Of a stretch of 30,952 nt of DNA, positions 16,130 to 24,410 are shown piece by piece. Both the position numbers and the translations under genes were made by a program. The notes under the pieces were generated by a model. It searched no databases. It saw only the letters and a list, made by a program, of their open reading frames with translations, and was not told the origin of the DNA. Source of the stretch: a virus; the UHGV virus genome UHGV-0110025. One strand, 5' to 3'. Each line of letters starts with the position of its first letter. Position 1 is the stretch's first letter.

Positions 16130-16222
16130 CTGAACGCTCCCCGAGCCGGGCGGCACGCCGGTCAAAGCGGGTTTTGACCCTGACGGCGACCGGCGTCCAC
16201 CGCCCAACCTAATGAGGTTGTC

Positions 16223-16732
16223 ATGACGACAGTAATACTGAATCAGCCCGACGAACCGCAGGACGTACCGGGCGTGGTGATTCCCGCACCGGAGACGGGC
16301 GACGCAGTGATTAAAAACACGTTCTTTTTCCCTGATGTGGATCCGAAGCGGGTGCGCGAGCTGATGCGCCTTGAGCAGACGGTTTCCGATGCGCGCCTGC
16401 GCAACGCCATCAAGACCGGCATGGCGGAAACCAATGCGGAGCTTTACGACTACCGGCTGCGCCAGATTGCCGCAGGGTTTAAGACACTGGCCGACGTGCC
16501 TGACGCCGAGGAAATCGACGGCGAGAATGTGCGCGTTTTCCACTACCTCAGCGCCGTGACGGCGATGGCGACCGCCACCCTGTATGAGCGTTATCGCGGG
16601 GTTGAGGCCACCGGCAAGGGTGACAAAAAAGCCGACAGCGTCGAAACCACCATTGATGACCTGTGGCGGGATATGCGCTGGTCGGTCTCGCGCCTGCAGG
16701 ATAAGCCGCGCTGCATCGTGGGTCAGCTCTGA
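16223..16732 (+). CDS. L: Head completion/stabilisation protein gpL
   Basis: 169 aa, same size and position as P2 L. Confidence 0.9.
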   Translation: MTTVILNQPDEPQDVPGVVIPAPETGDAVIKNTFFFPDVDPKRVRELMRLEQTVSDARLRNAIKTGMAETNAELYDYRLRQIAAGFKTLADVPDAEEIDGENVRVFHYLSAVTAMATATLYERYRGVEATGKGDKKADSVETTIDDLWRDMRWSVSRLQDKPRCIVGQL

Positions 16733-16935
16733 TGAAAGTCTACGCGATGCAGGGCGACACCATCGACGCGCTTTGCGCCCGGTATTACGGGCGCACTGAG
16801 GGCGTGGTCGAGGCTGTGCTGCAGGCTAATCCCGGTCTGTCTGAGCTGGGCGTCATTCTGCCGCATGGCACGGCAATTGACCTGCCCGACGTGGCATCGT
16901 CACCCGTAACAGAAACTATCAACCTTTGGGAGTAA
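16732..16935 (+). CDS. X: Tail protein X (LysM-like)
   Basis: 67 aa. MKVYAMQGDTIDALCARYYGRT..., typical gpX. ATGA overlap with L. Confidence 0.88.
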   Translation: MKVYAMQGDTIDALCARYYGRTEGVVEAVLQANPGLSELGVILPHGTAIDLPDVASSPVTETINLWE

Positions 16936-16938
16936 ACC

Positions 16939-17235
16939 ATGACAGAAGGGGAAAAAGGCGTCCTGTCACTGTTTGTGATTGGCGTGATGATTGTTGTCGG
17001 AAAAGTGCTGGCGGGTGGTGAGCCCATTACCCCGCGCCTGTTTATCGGCCGCATGCTGCTCGGCGGTTTTGTTTCAATGGTCGCCGGTGTTGTTCTGGTG
17101 CAGTTTCCAGATATGTCACTGCCTGCCGTTTGTGGGATTGGATCCATGCTCGGCATTGCAGGTTATCAGGTGGTGGAAATCGCCATTCAGCGCCGCTTTA
17201 AGTCACAACAGGGGGATAGCGATGCCGGTCATTAA
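16939..17235 (+). CDS. Y: Holin
   Basis: 98 aa with hydrophobic helices and a charged C-terminus. Sits immediately upstream of the endolysin, the position of P2 Y. Confidence 0.8.
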   Translation: MTEGEKGVLSLFVIGVMIVVGKVLAGGEPITPRLFIGRMLLGGFVSMVAGVVLVQFPDMSLPAVCGIGSMLGIAGYQVVEIAIQRRFKSQQGDSDAGH

Positions 17236-17719
17236 TACTCACCAGAATATCGCCGCGTTTCTGGACATGCTGGCCTATTCCGAAGGGACGGCGATGCATC
17301 CGCTGACGAAAAATCGTGGTTACGACGTCATTGTCACTGGCATTGATGGCAAGCCGGAAATTTTCACCGACTACACCGACCACCCTTTCGCACATGGCAG
17401 ACCAGCGAAAGTGTTTAATCGACGCGGCGAAAAATCCACGGCATCAGGGCGTTACCAGCAGCTTTATCTCTACTGGCCGCACTATCAGAAACAGCTCGCA
17501 TTGCCTGATTTCAGCCCGTTGTCGCAGGACAAACTTGCGATTCAGTTAATCCGGGAGCGCGGTGCCATTGAGGATATTAAAGCGGGGCGTATTGAGCGAG
17601 CAATTTCACGTTGCCGCAATATATGGGCGTCGCTGCCGGGTGCAGGTTACGGCCAGCGTGAGCACAGCCTCGACAAACTGGTCACTGTGTGGCGCACGGC
17701 TGGCGGGGTGATGGCATGA
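17222..17719 (+). CDS. K: Endolysin gpK (lambda R-like lysozyme/transglycosylase family)
   Basis: ORF 16991..17719 trimmed to the ATG at 17222. MPVINTHQNIAAFLDMLAYSEGT is the conserved gpK N-terminus with the catalytic E in YSEGT. Confidence 0.92.
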   Translation: MPVINTHQNIAAFLDMLAYSEGTAMHPLTKNRGYDVIVTGIDGKPEIFTDYTDHPFAHGRPAKVFNRRGEKSTASGRYQQLYLYWPHYQKQLALPDFSPLSQDKLAIQLIRERGAIEDIKAGRIERAISRCRNIWASLPGAGYGQREHSLDKLVTVWRTAGGVMA

Positions 17720-18129
17720 AAATCCTGATAACGCTGCTGGTGCTGGCCGTGCTCGGGCTGCTGTGGTTGCGCCATGAGAACGGCAATTTATCCCGCTCCT
17801 TTGAGACGGCAAACCGCGTCGCAAGCGAACAAAAGACGACGATTGGCATGCTGAAAAATCAGCTCAGTGTTGCCGGTCAGCTTGCCCGACGTAATGAATC
17901 CGCGCAGGTGGAACTGCGCGAACAGCTCGCAAAGGCCAGCGCAGAGGCCAGCCGCCGTGAGCAGACGATAACGAGGTTACTTAATGAAAATGAAGCCTTT
18001 CGCCGCTGGTATAACGCTGCTTTGCCTGATGTTGTGCGTCGGCTGCACACCCGCACCGCCTGCGCCAGTGCCGGTGATTGTGGTCAGCGGATGCCCGAGG
18101 GTGAGCCTTTGTCCGATGCCGGGAAGTGA
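17716..18129 (+). CDS. lysB: i-spanin (LysB/Rz-like)
   Basis: ATG at 17716 overlaps the K stop (ATGA). N-terminal TM helix MKILITLLVLAVLGLLWL followed by a coiled-coil-like Q/E/R-rich region. Confidence 0.8.
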   Translation: MKILITLLVLAVLGLLWLRHENGNLSRSFETANRVASEQKTTIGMLKNQLSVAGQLARRNESAQVELREQLAKASAEASRREQTITRLLNENEAFRRWYNAALPDVVRRLHTRTACASAGDCGQRMPEGEPLSDAGK

Positions 18130-18274
18130 CCCGAAAACCAATGGTGACCTGAGCGCAGATATCCGCCGTCTTGAGGGCGCGCTGACCGCCTGCGCGCTGC
18201 AGGTTAAAACCGTCAAACACTGTCAGGATGAACTCGATGCAGAAGCACAAAAGCCTGCGCAAAGCGCTGATTAA
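17984..18274 (+). CDS. lysC: o-spanin lipoprotein (LysC/Rz1-like), overlapping lysB out of frame
   Basis: Signal sequence ending LMLCVGC, followed by a Pro-rich mature part (TPAPPAPVPV). The start is embedded in the +1 frame of lysB, the usual Rz/Rz1 architecture. Confidence 0.8.
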   Translation: MKMKPFAAGITLLCLMLCVGCTPAPPAPVPVIVVSGCPRVSLCPMPGSDPKTNGDLSADIRRLEGALTACALQVKTVKHCQDELDAEAQKPAQSAD

Positions 18275-18704
18275 CGCCGTGCCGCAGCTCCGAAATAATC
18301 CCGATATGCTGCGCCTTTTTGCCGACAACGGCCATACCGATTCCCGACTGGCGAGCTCGCTGTCGTTTGAAAAGGTGTACGTGCTTAACGTGGTGGTTAC
18401 CGACTTCACCGGTGACCTTGATTTGATATTCGTGCCGGTGCAGGCGTGGCTGCGTGAACATCAGCCGGACATTATGACCACCGACGACGGGCGGGAAAAA
18501 AGATTCACCTGGATTATTGATATCAATAACGACGATTCGCTCGATATCAGTATCAGCCTGAGGCTCACCGAGCGCACGCTCGTCAAAGAGGTCGACGGCG
18601 CGCTGCACGTCAGCTATGCCCCTGAGCCGCCACTGCCTGAGCCGGTGACGCGCCCGGTCGAGCTGTACGTTAACGGCGAACTGGTGAGTAAGTGGGATGA
18701 GTGA
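18228..18704 (+). CDS. R: Tail completion protein gpR
   Basis: ~155 aa. Conserved gpR features (LSFEK.Y.LNVVVTDFTGD, ELYVNGELVSKWDE). The start may be the ATG at 18237. Confidence 0.87.
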   Translation: MNSMQKHKSLRKALINAVPQLRNNPDMLRLFADNGHTDSRLASSLSFEKVYVLNVVVTDFTGDLDLIFVPVQAWLREHQPDIMTTDDGREKRFTWIIDINNDDSLDISISLRLTERTLVKEVDGALHVSYAPEPPLPEPVTRPVELYVNGELVSKWDE

Positions 18705-19143
18705 ATTAACCGCGCTGCAGGAACGCCTTGCCGGTCTGATTGCCAGCCTGTCACCGGCGGCACGTCGGCAAATGGCGGCTGAGATTGCGAAAAAGCTGCG
18801 TACCAGTCAGCAACAGCGTATCAAGCGCCAGCAGGCACCCGACGGCACCCCGTATGCGGCACGAAAGCGCCAGCCGGTGCGGAGCAAGAAAGGTCGGATT
18901 AAACGTGAAATGTTCGCCAAACTGCGCACCAGTCGCTTTATGAAAGCCAAAGGCAGCGACAGTGCGGCGGTGGTGGAGTTTACCGGCAAGGTGCAGCGCA
19001 TGGCGCGGGTTCATCAGTACGGCCTCAAAGACCGGCCAAACCGTAACAGCCGGGATGTGCAGTACGAGGCGCGCCCGTTGCTCGGTTTCAATAGTATAGA
19101 TATGAGAATTATTGAGCGGTTAATAATTGGGGCTTTGGATTAA
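18697..19143 (+). CDS. S: Tail completion protein gpS
   Basis: 148 aa, position and size of P2 S. The last ~18 codons (from ~19090) are encoded in AT-rich DNA. Confidence 0.87.
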   Translation: MSELTALQERLAGLIASLSPAARRQMAAEIAKKLRTSQQQRIKRQQAPDGTPYAARKRQPVRSKKGRIKREMFAKLRTSRFMKAKGSDSAAVVEFTGKVQRMARVHQYGLKDRPNRNSRDVQYEARPLLGFNSIDMRIIERLIIGALD

Positions 19144-19171
19144 TTATGATCTAATATATTATTTTGTGATG

Positions 19172-19192
19172 AGGCTGGATAAACACCAGCCT
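19172..19192. terminator. Stem-loop between convergent S and the HIT gene
   Basis: AGGCTGG-ataaaca-CCAGCCT is a perfect 7-bp stem, followed on the plus strand by TGATTTTAT. Lies between two convergent stop codons (19143 and 19198). Confidence 0.5.
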
Positions 19193-19197
19193 TGATT

Positions 19198-19842
19198 TTA
19201 TAGTTTGAAATCTGCGTAATTATCAATAACCTCTAGAACACCGCTGATATTGTTATCTCTGCGCCAATTCCAATTGCCATGTATCAAATTTGCATTAGAA
19301 TAAAGATATCTAAGGAACTGAGATGGTAAGAGTGGTTTGTTGCATAAAAATTCATCATAACTATTACTCATATACCACACATATCCATTTTTAATGTCAA
19401 AACTTAAATTCTCACCTTCAATTTTCTTAAAGTTAATTTCTTTATTTAGAGCATTTTCAAACTCTTGTGTATAATAAACACAGTGTATATGAGCGTGAGA
19501 AATGCACCCTCCTGAACGATCTATATTTTCACCTGCTCCGCTTTCAAAGAAAATTAGAGATCTACCAGATTGGTGGATTATAAATTCATTAAGTTCTCGC
19601 AGAATCTCCTTGCCATTACTCCGGGTATCTCGATCAAGAGCAGCAAAGGAGTTGATATGCCGCTTAGGAATCAGCATCACATGCGAATTATTTAGCGGGC
19701 CAATACTAGGTACAATTAGAAAATCATTTGTTTCTGCAATGATATTTTTCTTGTCATTTACGATTTCATCGTATCCTTTGATAAGGCTAATGCCATTTAT
19801 TTCATCGCATATTCCACAGAACGAATTACAAGAATTATTCAC
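19198..19842 (-). CDS. HIT-family (histidine triad) nucleotide hydrolase/transferase-like protein with C-terminal extension
   Basis: GTG start at 19842 with AGGAGA SD 8 nt upstream. N-terminal CGIC. FLIVPSIGPLNNSHVMLIPKRH core. His triad HAHIH is encoded at 19483-19497. A ~90-aa extra C-terminal region follows. DNA is very AT-rich. Confidence 0.85.
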   Translation of the reverse strand: MNNSCNSFCGICDEINGISLIKGYDEIVNDKKNIIAETNDFLIVPSIGPLNNSHVMLIPKRHINSFAALDRDTRSNGKEILRELNEFIIHQSGRSLIFFESGAGENIDRSGGCISHAHIHCVYYTQEFENALNKEINFKKIEGENLSFDIKNGYVWYMSNSYDEFLCNKPLLPSQFLRYLYSNANLIHGNWNWRRDNNISGVLEVIDNYADFKL

Positions 19843-20407
19843 GTTTATTGTCTCCTGGTTTTTTAGGGAGCAATTTTTCAGCCCAAGATGCGAGTCGGCT
19901 TAGAACTAAGTCTGAAAAATATCCTAATATAAAACAAATCGAGAATGCAATTTTGGTCTTACCATGCCCTTTAATGGAGGATACAAACGTATCCGGAGAT
20001 AATATCGTATAAGAACAAAAAGCCACTAAAGCAGCTAAGAACGGAATAAAAATCCTCCAGTAGAACTTATGGGATTCCCAAGGAAAATTATACTGATTGT
20101 TTTTCCCTCTAGCAGTTACTCTATAAAACCATTTTGCATTATACACCCACCCTCCAAAAAAACCGCCAAGAATAGAAAACAAAGATATTTTATTATTATA
20201 TGACAGCTCAAAAACAAATTGGAAAAGAAAGGCGAGAATGCAACCTATTACAAAAAGAACTATTAAATAAGCAAATTCGAATTTTATTTGTTCACAATCG
20301 TTATTAAAATAAGGCACAACCTCATCATCGCCTAAGGTTTTTTTTCTTTCAGTCATTTGCCAAACACCTTCATTTTTTACTGTGAGCCAGGGTAATTGCA
20401 TATTCAA
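19835..20407 (-). CDS. Integral membrane protein, about four predicted TM helices
   Basis: Hydrophobic segments FAYLIVLFVIGCILAFLFQFVF, ISLFSILGGFFGGWVY, FYWRIFIPFLAALVAFCSYTIL and IAFSICFILGYFSDLVL. The 3' end overlaps the HIT gene start by 8 nt. 20407 is a TTG; the real start may be the ATG at 20401, or the ATG at 20356 (MTERKK, preceded by GAAGG). Confidence 0.8.
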   Translation of the reverse strand: MNMQLPWLTVKNEGVWQMTERKKTLGDDEVVPYFNNDCEQIKFEFAYLIVLFVIGCILAFLFQFVFELSYNNKISLFSILGGFFGGWVYNAKWFYRVTARGKNNQYNFPWESHKFYWRIFIPFLAALVAFCSYTILSPDTFVSSIKGHGKTKIAFSICFILGYFSDLVLSRLASWAEKLLPKKPGDNKRE

Positions 20408-20414
20408 CTTGGCT

Positions 20415-20466
20415 ATTCTAATTAATTCTCACAAGATTTCATAGATGTTGAGTAGACCTCTCAGAA
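20415..20466 (-). promoter_or_regulatory. Candidate promoter region for the TM/HIT pair
   Basis: On the minus strand: a good -10 TAGAAT (20420-20415) without a clear -35, and an alternative TTCTGA-17 nt-TATGAA (20466-20438). Ambiguous in AT-rich DNA. Confidence 0.3.
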
Positions 20467-20532
20467 GTTGTTTCATTCCTCACAGAATCCATCTCGATTG
20501 CCACTAATCTTGCCGGGCGTCATCCTTCCCAT

Positions 20533-21168
20533 ATGAAAAATCTAAATTCTTTGCAAGAAATCGCACGCGCGATCCGAAATCTCATCCGTACCGGCATCGT
20601 TAGCGACGTAGACCTCAAGGAGGGGCTATGTCGTATCCAGACCGGGGGGATGCAAACCACTTGGCTGAACTGGCTGACCACCCGAGCCGGTCGTTCGCGG
20701 ACGTGGTGGGCTCCCTCGGTCGGTGAGCAGGTTCTGCTGCTGGCAATCGGTGGCGAGCTTGATACCGCTTTCGTGCTGCCGGGTATTTTCTCCGACGATA
20801 ACCCCGCCCCGTCTGCCTCGGCGGATGCGTGGCATGTGGCTTTCCCTGATGGTGCGGTCATTGAGTACGAGCCCGAAACCGGCGCGCTGACGGTCAGCGG
20901 CATAAAAACGGCCGACGTGACGGCATCGGAGTCCATCACCGCAACCGTACCGCTGGTACTGGTGAAAGCCTCGACCAGTATCACCCTCGACACCCCGGAG
21001 GTGATTTGCACCAATAAGCTAACGACGGCGACGCTTGAGGTGCAGAAAGGCGGCAAGATGAGCGGCAATATCGAACATACCGGCGGGTCACTGTCGTCTA
21101 ATGGCAAGGTACTCCACACCCATAAACACCCGGGCGACAGCGGCGGGCAAACGGGGGCACCGTTATGA
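20533..21168 (+). CDS. V: Baseplate spike/assembly protein gpV
   Basis: 211 aa. RAGRSRTWWAPSVGEQV and C-terminal GKVLHTHKHPGDSGG are hallmark gpV sequences. Confidence 0.94.
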   Translation: MKNLNSLQEIARAIRNLIRTGIVSDVDLKEGLCRIQTGGMQTTWLNWLTTRAGRSRTWWAPSVGEQVLLLAIGGELDTAFVLPGIFSDDNPAPSASADAWHVAFPDGAVIEYEPETGALTVSGIKTADVTASESITATVPLVLVKASTSITLDTPEVICTNKLTTATLEVQKGGKMSGNIEHTGGSLSSNGKVLHTHKHPGDSGGQTGAPL

Positions 21169-21512
21169 CGGCGCGCTATCAGGGGATGAACCGAAATACC
21201 GGCCTTGGCATCAGCGATACCGAGCATATCAGCCAGAGCATGCGCGATATTCTGCTGACGCCGGTCGGCTCGCGGGTGATGCGTCGTGAATATGGCTCGC
21301 TTCTGTCGGCGCTGATTGATATGCCGCAAAACCCGGCGCTCAGGCTGCAAATTATGGTGGCGTGCTATTCGGCTATCCAGAAGTGGGAGCCGCGCATCAG
21401 GCTTACATCCATCAGCTTTGAGGCCGGCGACGCTGGCGAGATGTATGTCGATATTACCGGGATGCGTACCGATACCGGTGCGTCAGTTTCAACCACTGTT
21501 TCACTGAGTTAA
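21165..21512 (+). CDS. W: Baseplate wedge protein gpW (gp25-like)
   Basis: 115 aa, ATGA overlap with V, conserved position. Confidence 0.9.
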   Translation: MTARYQGMNRNTGLGISDTEHISQSMRDILLTPVGSRVMRREYGSLLSALIDMPQNPALRLQIMVACYSAIQKWEPRIRLTSISFEAGDAGEMYVDITGMRTDTGASVSTTVSLS

Positions 21513-21518
21513 ATAACT

Positions 21519-22427
21519 ATGCCAACCGTTGACCTGAGTCAGTTACCCGTTCCCGATGTGGTTGAGGAACTGGACTATGAAACCATCCTTGCGGAACGCA
21601 AAGCGACGCTGATATCGCTCTATCCAGAAGACCAGCAGGAGGCCATTGCCCGGACGCTCACACTTGAGTCAGAGCCGGTTGTTAAGCTGCTGCAGGAAAA
21701 CGCCTACCGTGAAGTTATCTGGCGTCAGCGGGTGAACGAAGCCGCGCAGGCGGTGACGCTGGCCTACTCCGCCGGTAACGACCTCGACGTCGTAGCCGGG
21801 AACAATAATACCGAACGCCTGACCATCACCCCGGCGGATGATATCACCATCCCGCCGATACCTGCCGTTATGGAATCTGATACCGACCTGCGACTGCGCA
21901 CGCAACAGGCGTTTGAGGGATTGAGCGTGGCGGGTCCGGTCGGTGCATATGAGTATCACGGTCGCAGCGCCGACGGGCGGGTCGCTGACGTTTCGGTCGC
22001 CAGCCCGTCGCCAGCCTGCGTGACGATTACCGTGCTATCGCGTGAGGGTGACGGCACTGCCAGCCCTGAGCTACTGGCGATTGTTGATAAAGCGCTGAAC
22101 GCCGAAGATGTGCGCCCGGTGGCTGACCGGGTGACCGTCCAGTCAGCCGAGATTGTACCGTACCAGATTGACGCGACGATCTACGTTTACCCCGGCCCCG
22201 AATCTGAACCCATCAGGCAGGCGTCAGAGCAGAAGCTGCAGAGCTACATCAGCGCGCAGCACCGCCTCGGGCGTGATATCCGTCTGTCAGCCATTTATGC
22301 GGCGCTGCATGTTGAGGGGGTGCAGCGTGTCGAGCTGACATCACCGCAGGCCGACATAGTGCTGAGTAAGTCGCAGGCGTCGAACTGTACCGAGTACCAG
22401 ATAACTATCGGGGGCTCGGATGAATGA
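21519..22427 (+). CDS. J: Baseplate protein gpJ
   Basis: 302 aa, same size and position as P2 J. Confidence 0.93.
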   Translation: MPTVDLSQLPVPDVVEELDYETILAERKATLISLYPEDQQEAIARTLTLESEPVVKLLQENAYREVIWRQRVNEAAQAVTLAYSAGNDLDVVAGNNNTERLTITPADDITIPPIPAVMESDTDLRLRTQQAFEGLSVAGPVGAYEYHGRSADGRVADVSVASPSPACVTITVLSREGDGTASPELLAIVDKALNAEDVRPVADRVTVQSAEIVPYQIDATIYVYPGPESEPIRQASEQKLQSYISAQHRLGRDIRLSAIYAALHVEGVQRVELTSPQADIVLSKSQASNCTEYQITIGGSDE

Positions 22428-23028
22428 CCGGCTATTACCCGTTGGCTCGTCGCCGCTGGAGGTCGCCGCCGCCGCTGCGTTCTCTGAGATTCAGCGCGTG
22501 CCGGTACCGCTACGCACCCTGTGGAACTGGCGCACCTGCCCGGTAAAGCTGCTGCCGTATCTGGCGTGGGCGCTGTCGGTCGACAGGTGGGATGAGAAAT
22601 GGCCGGAGGCGACAAAGCGCAGCGTCTGCGCGTCCTCGTTTTTCGTCCATCAGCACAAAGGCACCATCAGCGCATTGCGTCGGGTCGTCGAGCCGCTCGG
22701 CTTTCTGATTGAGGTGCGCGAGTGGTGGCAACTCGACGAGGAGCCAGGCACATTCCGCCTCGTTGTTGGCGTCCTCGACAGCGGCATCACTGACGAAATG
22801 TATCAGGAGCTTGAGCGCCTGATTGAAGACGCCAAACCGGCAAGTCGCCACCTGACCGGGCTGGCTATCAGTCTGAGCTCGACCGGCGAACTGTATGTCG
22901 GCGCGGGATGCTATCACGGCGACGCACTGACTGTTTACCCCTACACCCCCGAGGAGATTGTCGTCGGCGGTGAATATTACCCGGCCTCGGCCATCCATTT
23001 GATTGATAACCTGAGAGTAAACGCATGA
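22420..23028 (+). CDS. I: Baseplate/tail protein gpI
   Basis: 202 aa, overlaps the J stop, conserved position. Confidence 0.9.
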   Translation: MNDRLLPVGSSPLEVAAAAAFSEIQRVPVPLRTLWNWRTCPVKLLPYLAWALSVDRWDEKWPEATKRSVCASSFFVHQHKGTISALRRVVEPLGFLIEVREWWQLDEEPGTFRLVVGVLDSGITDEMYQELERLIEDAKPASRHLTGLAISLSSTGELYVGAGCYHGDALTVYPYTPEEIVVGGEYYPASAIHLIDNLRVNA

Positions 23029-23990
23029 CCGCAAAATATTTTGCCATTCTGACCAATCAGGGCGCGGCGCGGCTGGCGAACGCGGCGGCACTCGGTACCA
23101 AACTCAACCTGACGCAGATGGCCGTCGGTGATGCGAATGGTACGTTGCCGACCCCTGACCCGGCGCAGACGAAGCTCATTAACCAGAAACGCATCGCGCC
23201 GCTGAACCTGCTGACCGTTGACCCGGCCAATACCAGTCAGATTATCGCGGAACAGATTATTCCCGAGAATGAAGGTGGTTTCTGGATCCGCGAGATTGGT
23301 CTCTATGACGATGATGGTATTCTGATTGCCGTGGCGAACTGTCCGGAGACCTACAAGCCACAACTGCAGGAGGGAAGCGGTCGCACGCAGACCATTCGCA
23401 TGATTCTGATTGTGTCGAGCACATCGGCAATCACCCTGAAAATCGACCCGGCAGTCGTGCTGGCAACGCGCCAGTATGTCGACGATAAGGTTATCGAGGT
23501 GAAAGCTTATGCTGATGACCTGATGAAAAAGCATGTTGAAGCCGTAAATCCGCATAAGCAGTACCCGCTGATTGCCAACGCGCTTAAAGAAATGGTTGAT
23601 GCCGGACTGGTTGATGAGATTTTTGCAAATTTAGGGTTGGGAACAGCCGCAAAAAAAGACATTGGTACGGGGGCTAATCAGATTCCAGATATGAATAGCT
23701 TCAATGGGAGTCTTGGTACAAATGGTTACTCGAAACTGCCAAATGGGCTAATTTTTCAATGGGGATGGTTTAGTATGAAATCCACATCAGGTGCGGTTGG
23801 GACAAGCACAGTTACGCTTCCAATTGCATTCCCTGTAGCATTTTTAACGCTTACAGCTTTGTTTAGTACACAGGATCCATCAACGCGTTCAGTTGGCTTT
23901 AATACAGCACTATCGGGGAAAACAGCAATTAACTTTACATATGTTTCACCAACTGACAATTCTATTTTTTGGTTTGCGGTGGGGTGCTGA
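23025..23990 (+). CDS. H: Tail fibre protein gpH (short, mosaic)
   Basis: Conserved gpH N-terminus MTAKYFAILTNQGAARLANAAALGTKLNLTQMAVGDANG. The C-terminal ~140 aa are encoded in AT-richer DNA (GYSKLPNGLIFQWGW...FWFAVGC). Only 321 aa; P2 H is about twice as long. Confidence 0.87.
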   Translation: MTAKYFAILTNQGAARLANAAALGTKLNLTQMAVGDANGTLPTPDPAQTKLINQKRIAPLNLLTVDPANTSQIIAEQIIPENEGGFWIREIGLYDDDGILIAVANCPETYKPQLQEGSGRTQTIRMILIVSSTSAITLKIDPAVVLATRQYVDDKVIEVKAYADDLMKKHVEAVNPHKQYPLIANALKEMVDAGLVDEIFANLGLGTAAKKDIGTGANQIPDMNSFNGSLGTNGYSKLPNGLIFQWGWFSMKSTSGAVGTSTVTLPIAFPVAFLTLTALFSTQDPSTRSVGFNTALSGKTAINFTYVSPTDNSIFWFAVGC

Positions 23991-23991
23991 G

Positions 23992-24405
23992 ATGGAAAAA
24001 ATATACTACTTTGACCCTGCAAGTCCTGGTTTCTACATCTCACCTGATAGCCCGTTAATTCCTGAAGGTTCTGTAGAAATTAGAGTCGAACAATATATGC
24101 AATATGCCGGGATTGCGTGGCCGGAAAATAAAGTATTGGGTGCTGATTCTTCGGGGCTACCTGCATGGCTGGATGCGCCACCGAAGACAAAACAAGAGAT
24201 GATTGACGAGGCAAAAGGTCGCCGGGTAAATCTGATTACCGAGGCTAAAGACGCCATTAGCCTGTGGCAGACCGAGCTGCAACTCGGCATCGTCAGCGAC
24301 GATGACAAGGCCAACCTGATTGCATGGATGAAATACATTCAGGCGCTGAACGCGGTCGACACCTCAACAGCACCGGATATCGAGTGGCCGGTAAAACCGG
24401 AATAA
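23992..24405 (+). CDS. G: Tail fibre assembly chaperone (gpG/Tfa-like)
   Basis: ORF 23893..24405 trimmed to the ATG at 23992, right after the H stop. C-terminal LWQTELQLGIVSDDDKANLIAWMKYIQALNAVD is typical of the Tfa family. Confidence 0.8.
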   Translation: MEKIYYFDPASPGFYISPDSPLIPEGSVEIRVEQYMQYAGIAWPENKVLGADSSGLPAWLDAPPKTKQEMIDEAKGRRVNLITEAKDAISLWQTELQLGIVSDDDKANLIAWMKYIQALNAVDTSTAPDIEWPVKPE

Positions 24406-24410
24406 CGCAA

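Noticed and set aside
16991-17221. A long N-terminal extension of the endolysin ORF (242 aa in the ORF track).
   Set aside because: The extension overlaps the holin gene in another frame. The conserved gpK N-terminus begins at the ATG at 17222.
20469-20484. TGT-N10-ACA partial dyad upstream of V. It resembles the Ogr/B-dependent late promoter element TGT-N12-ACA.
   Set aside because: The spacing is N10, not N12. The dyad centre is only ~56 nt from the V start codon, which would leave no leader if it were centred at -55. The real PV could not be located by eye.
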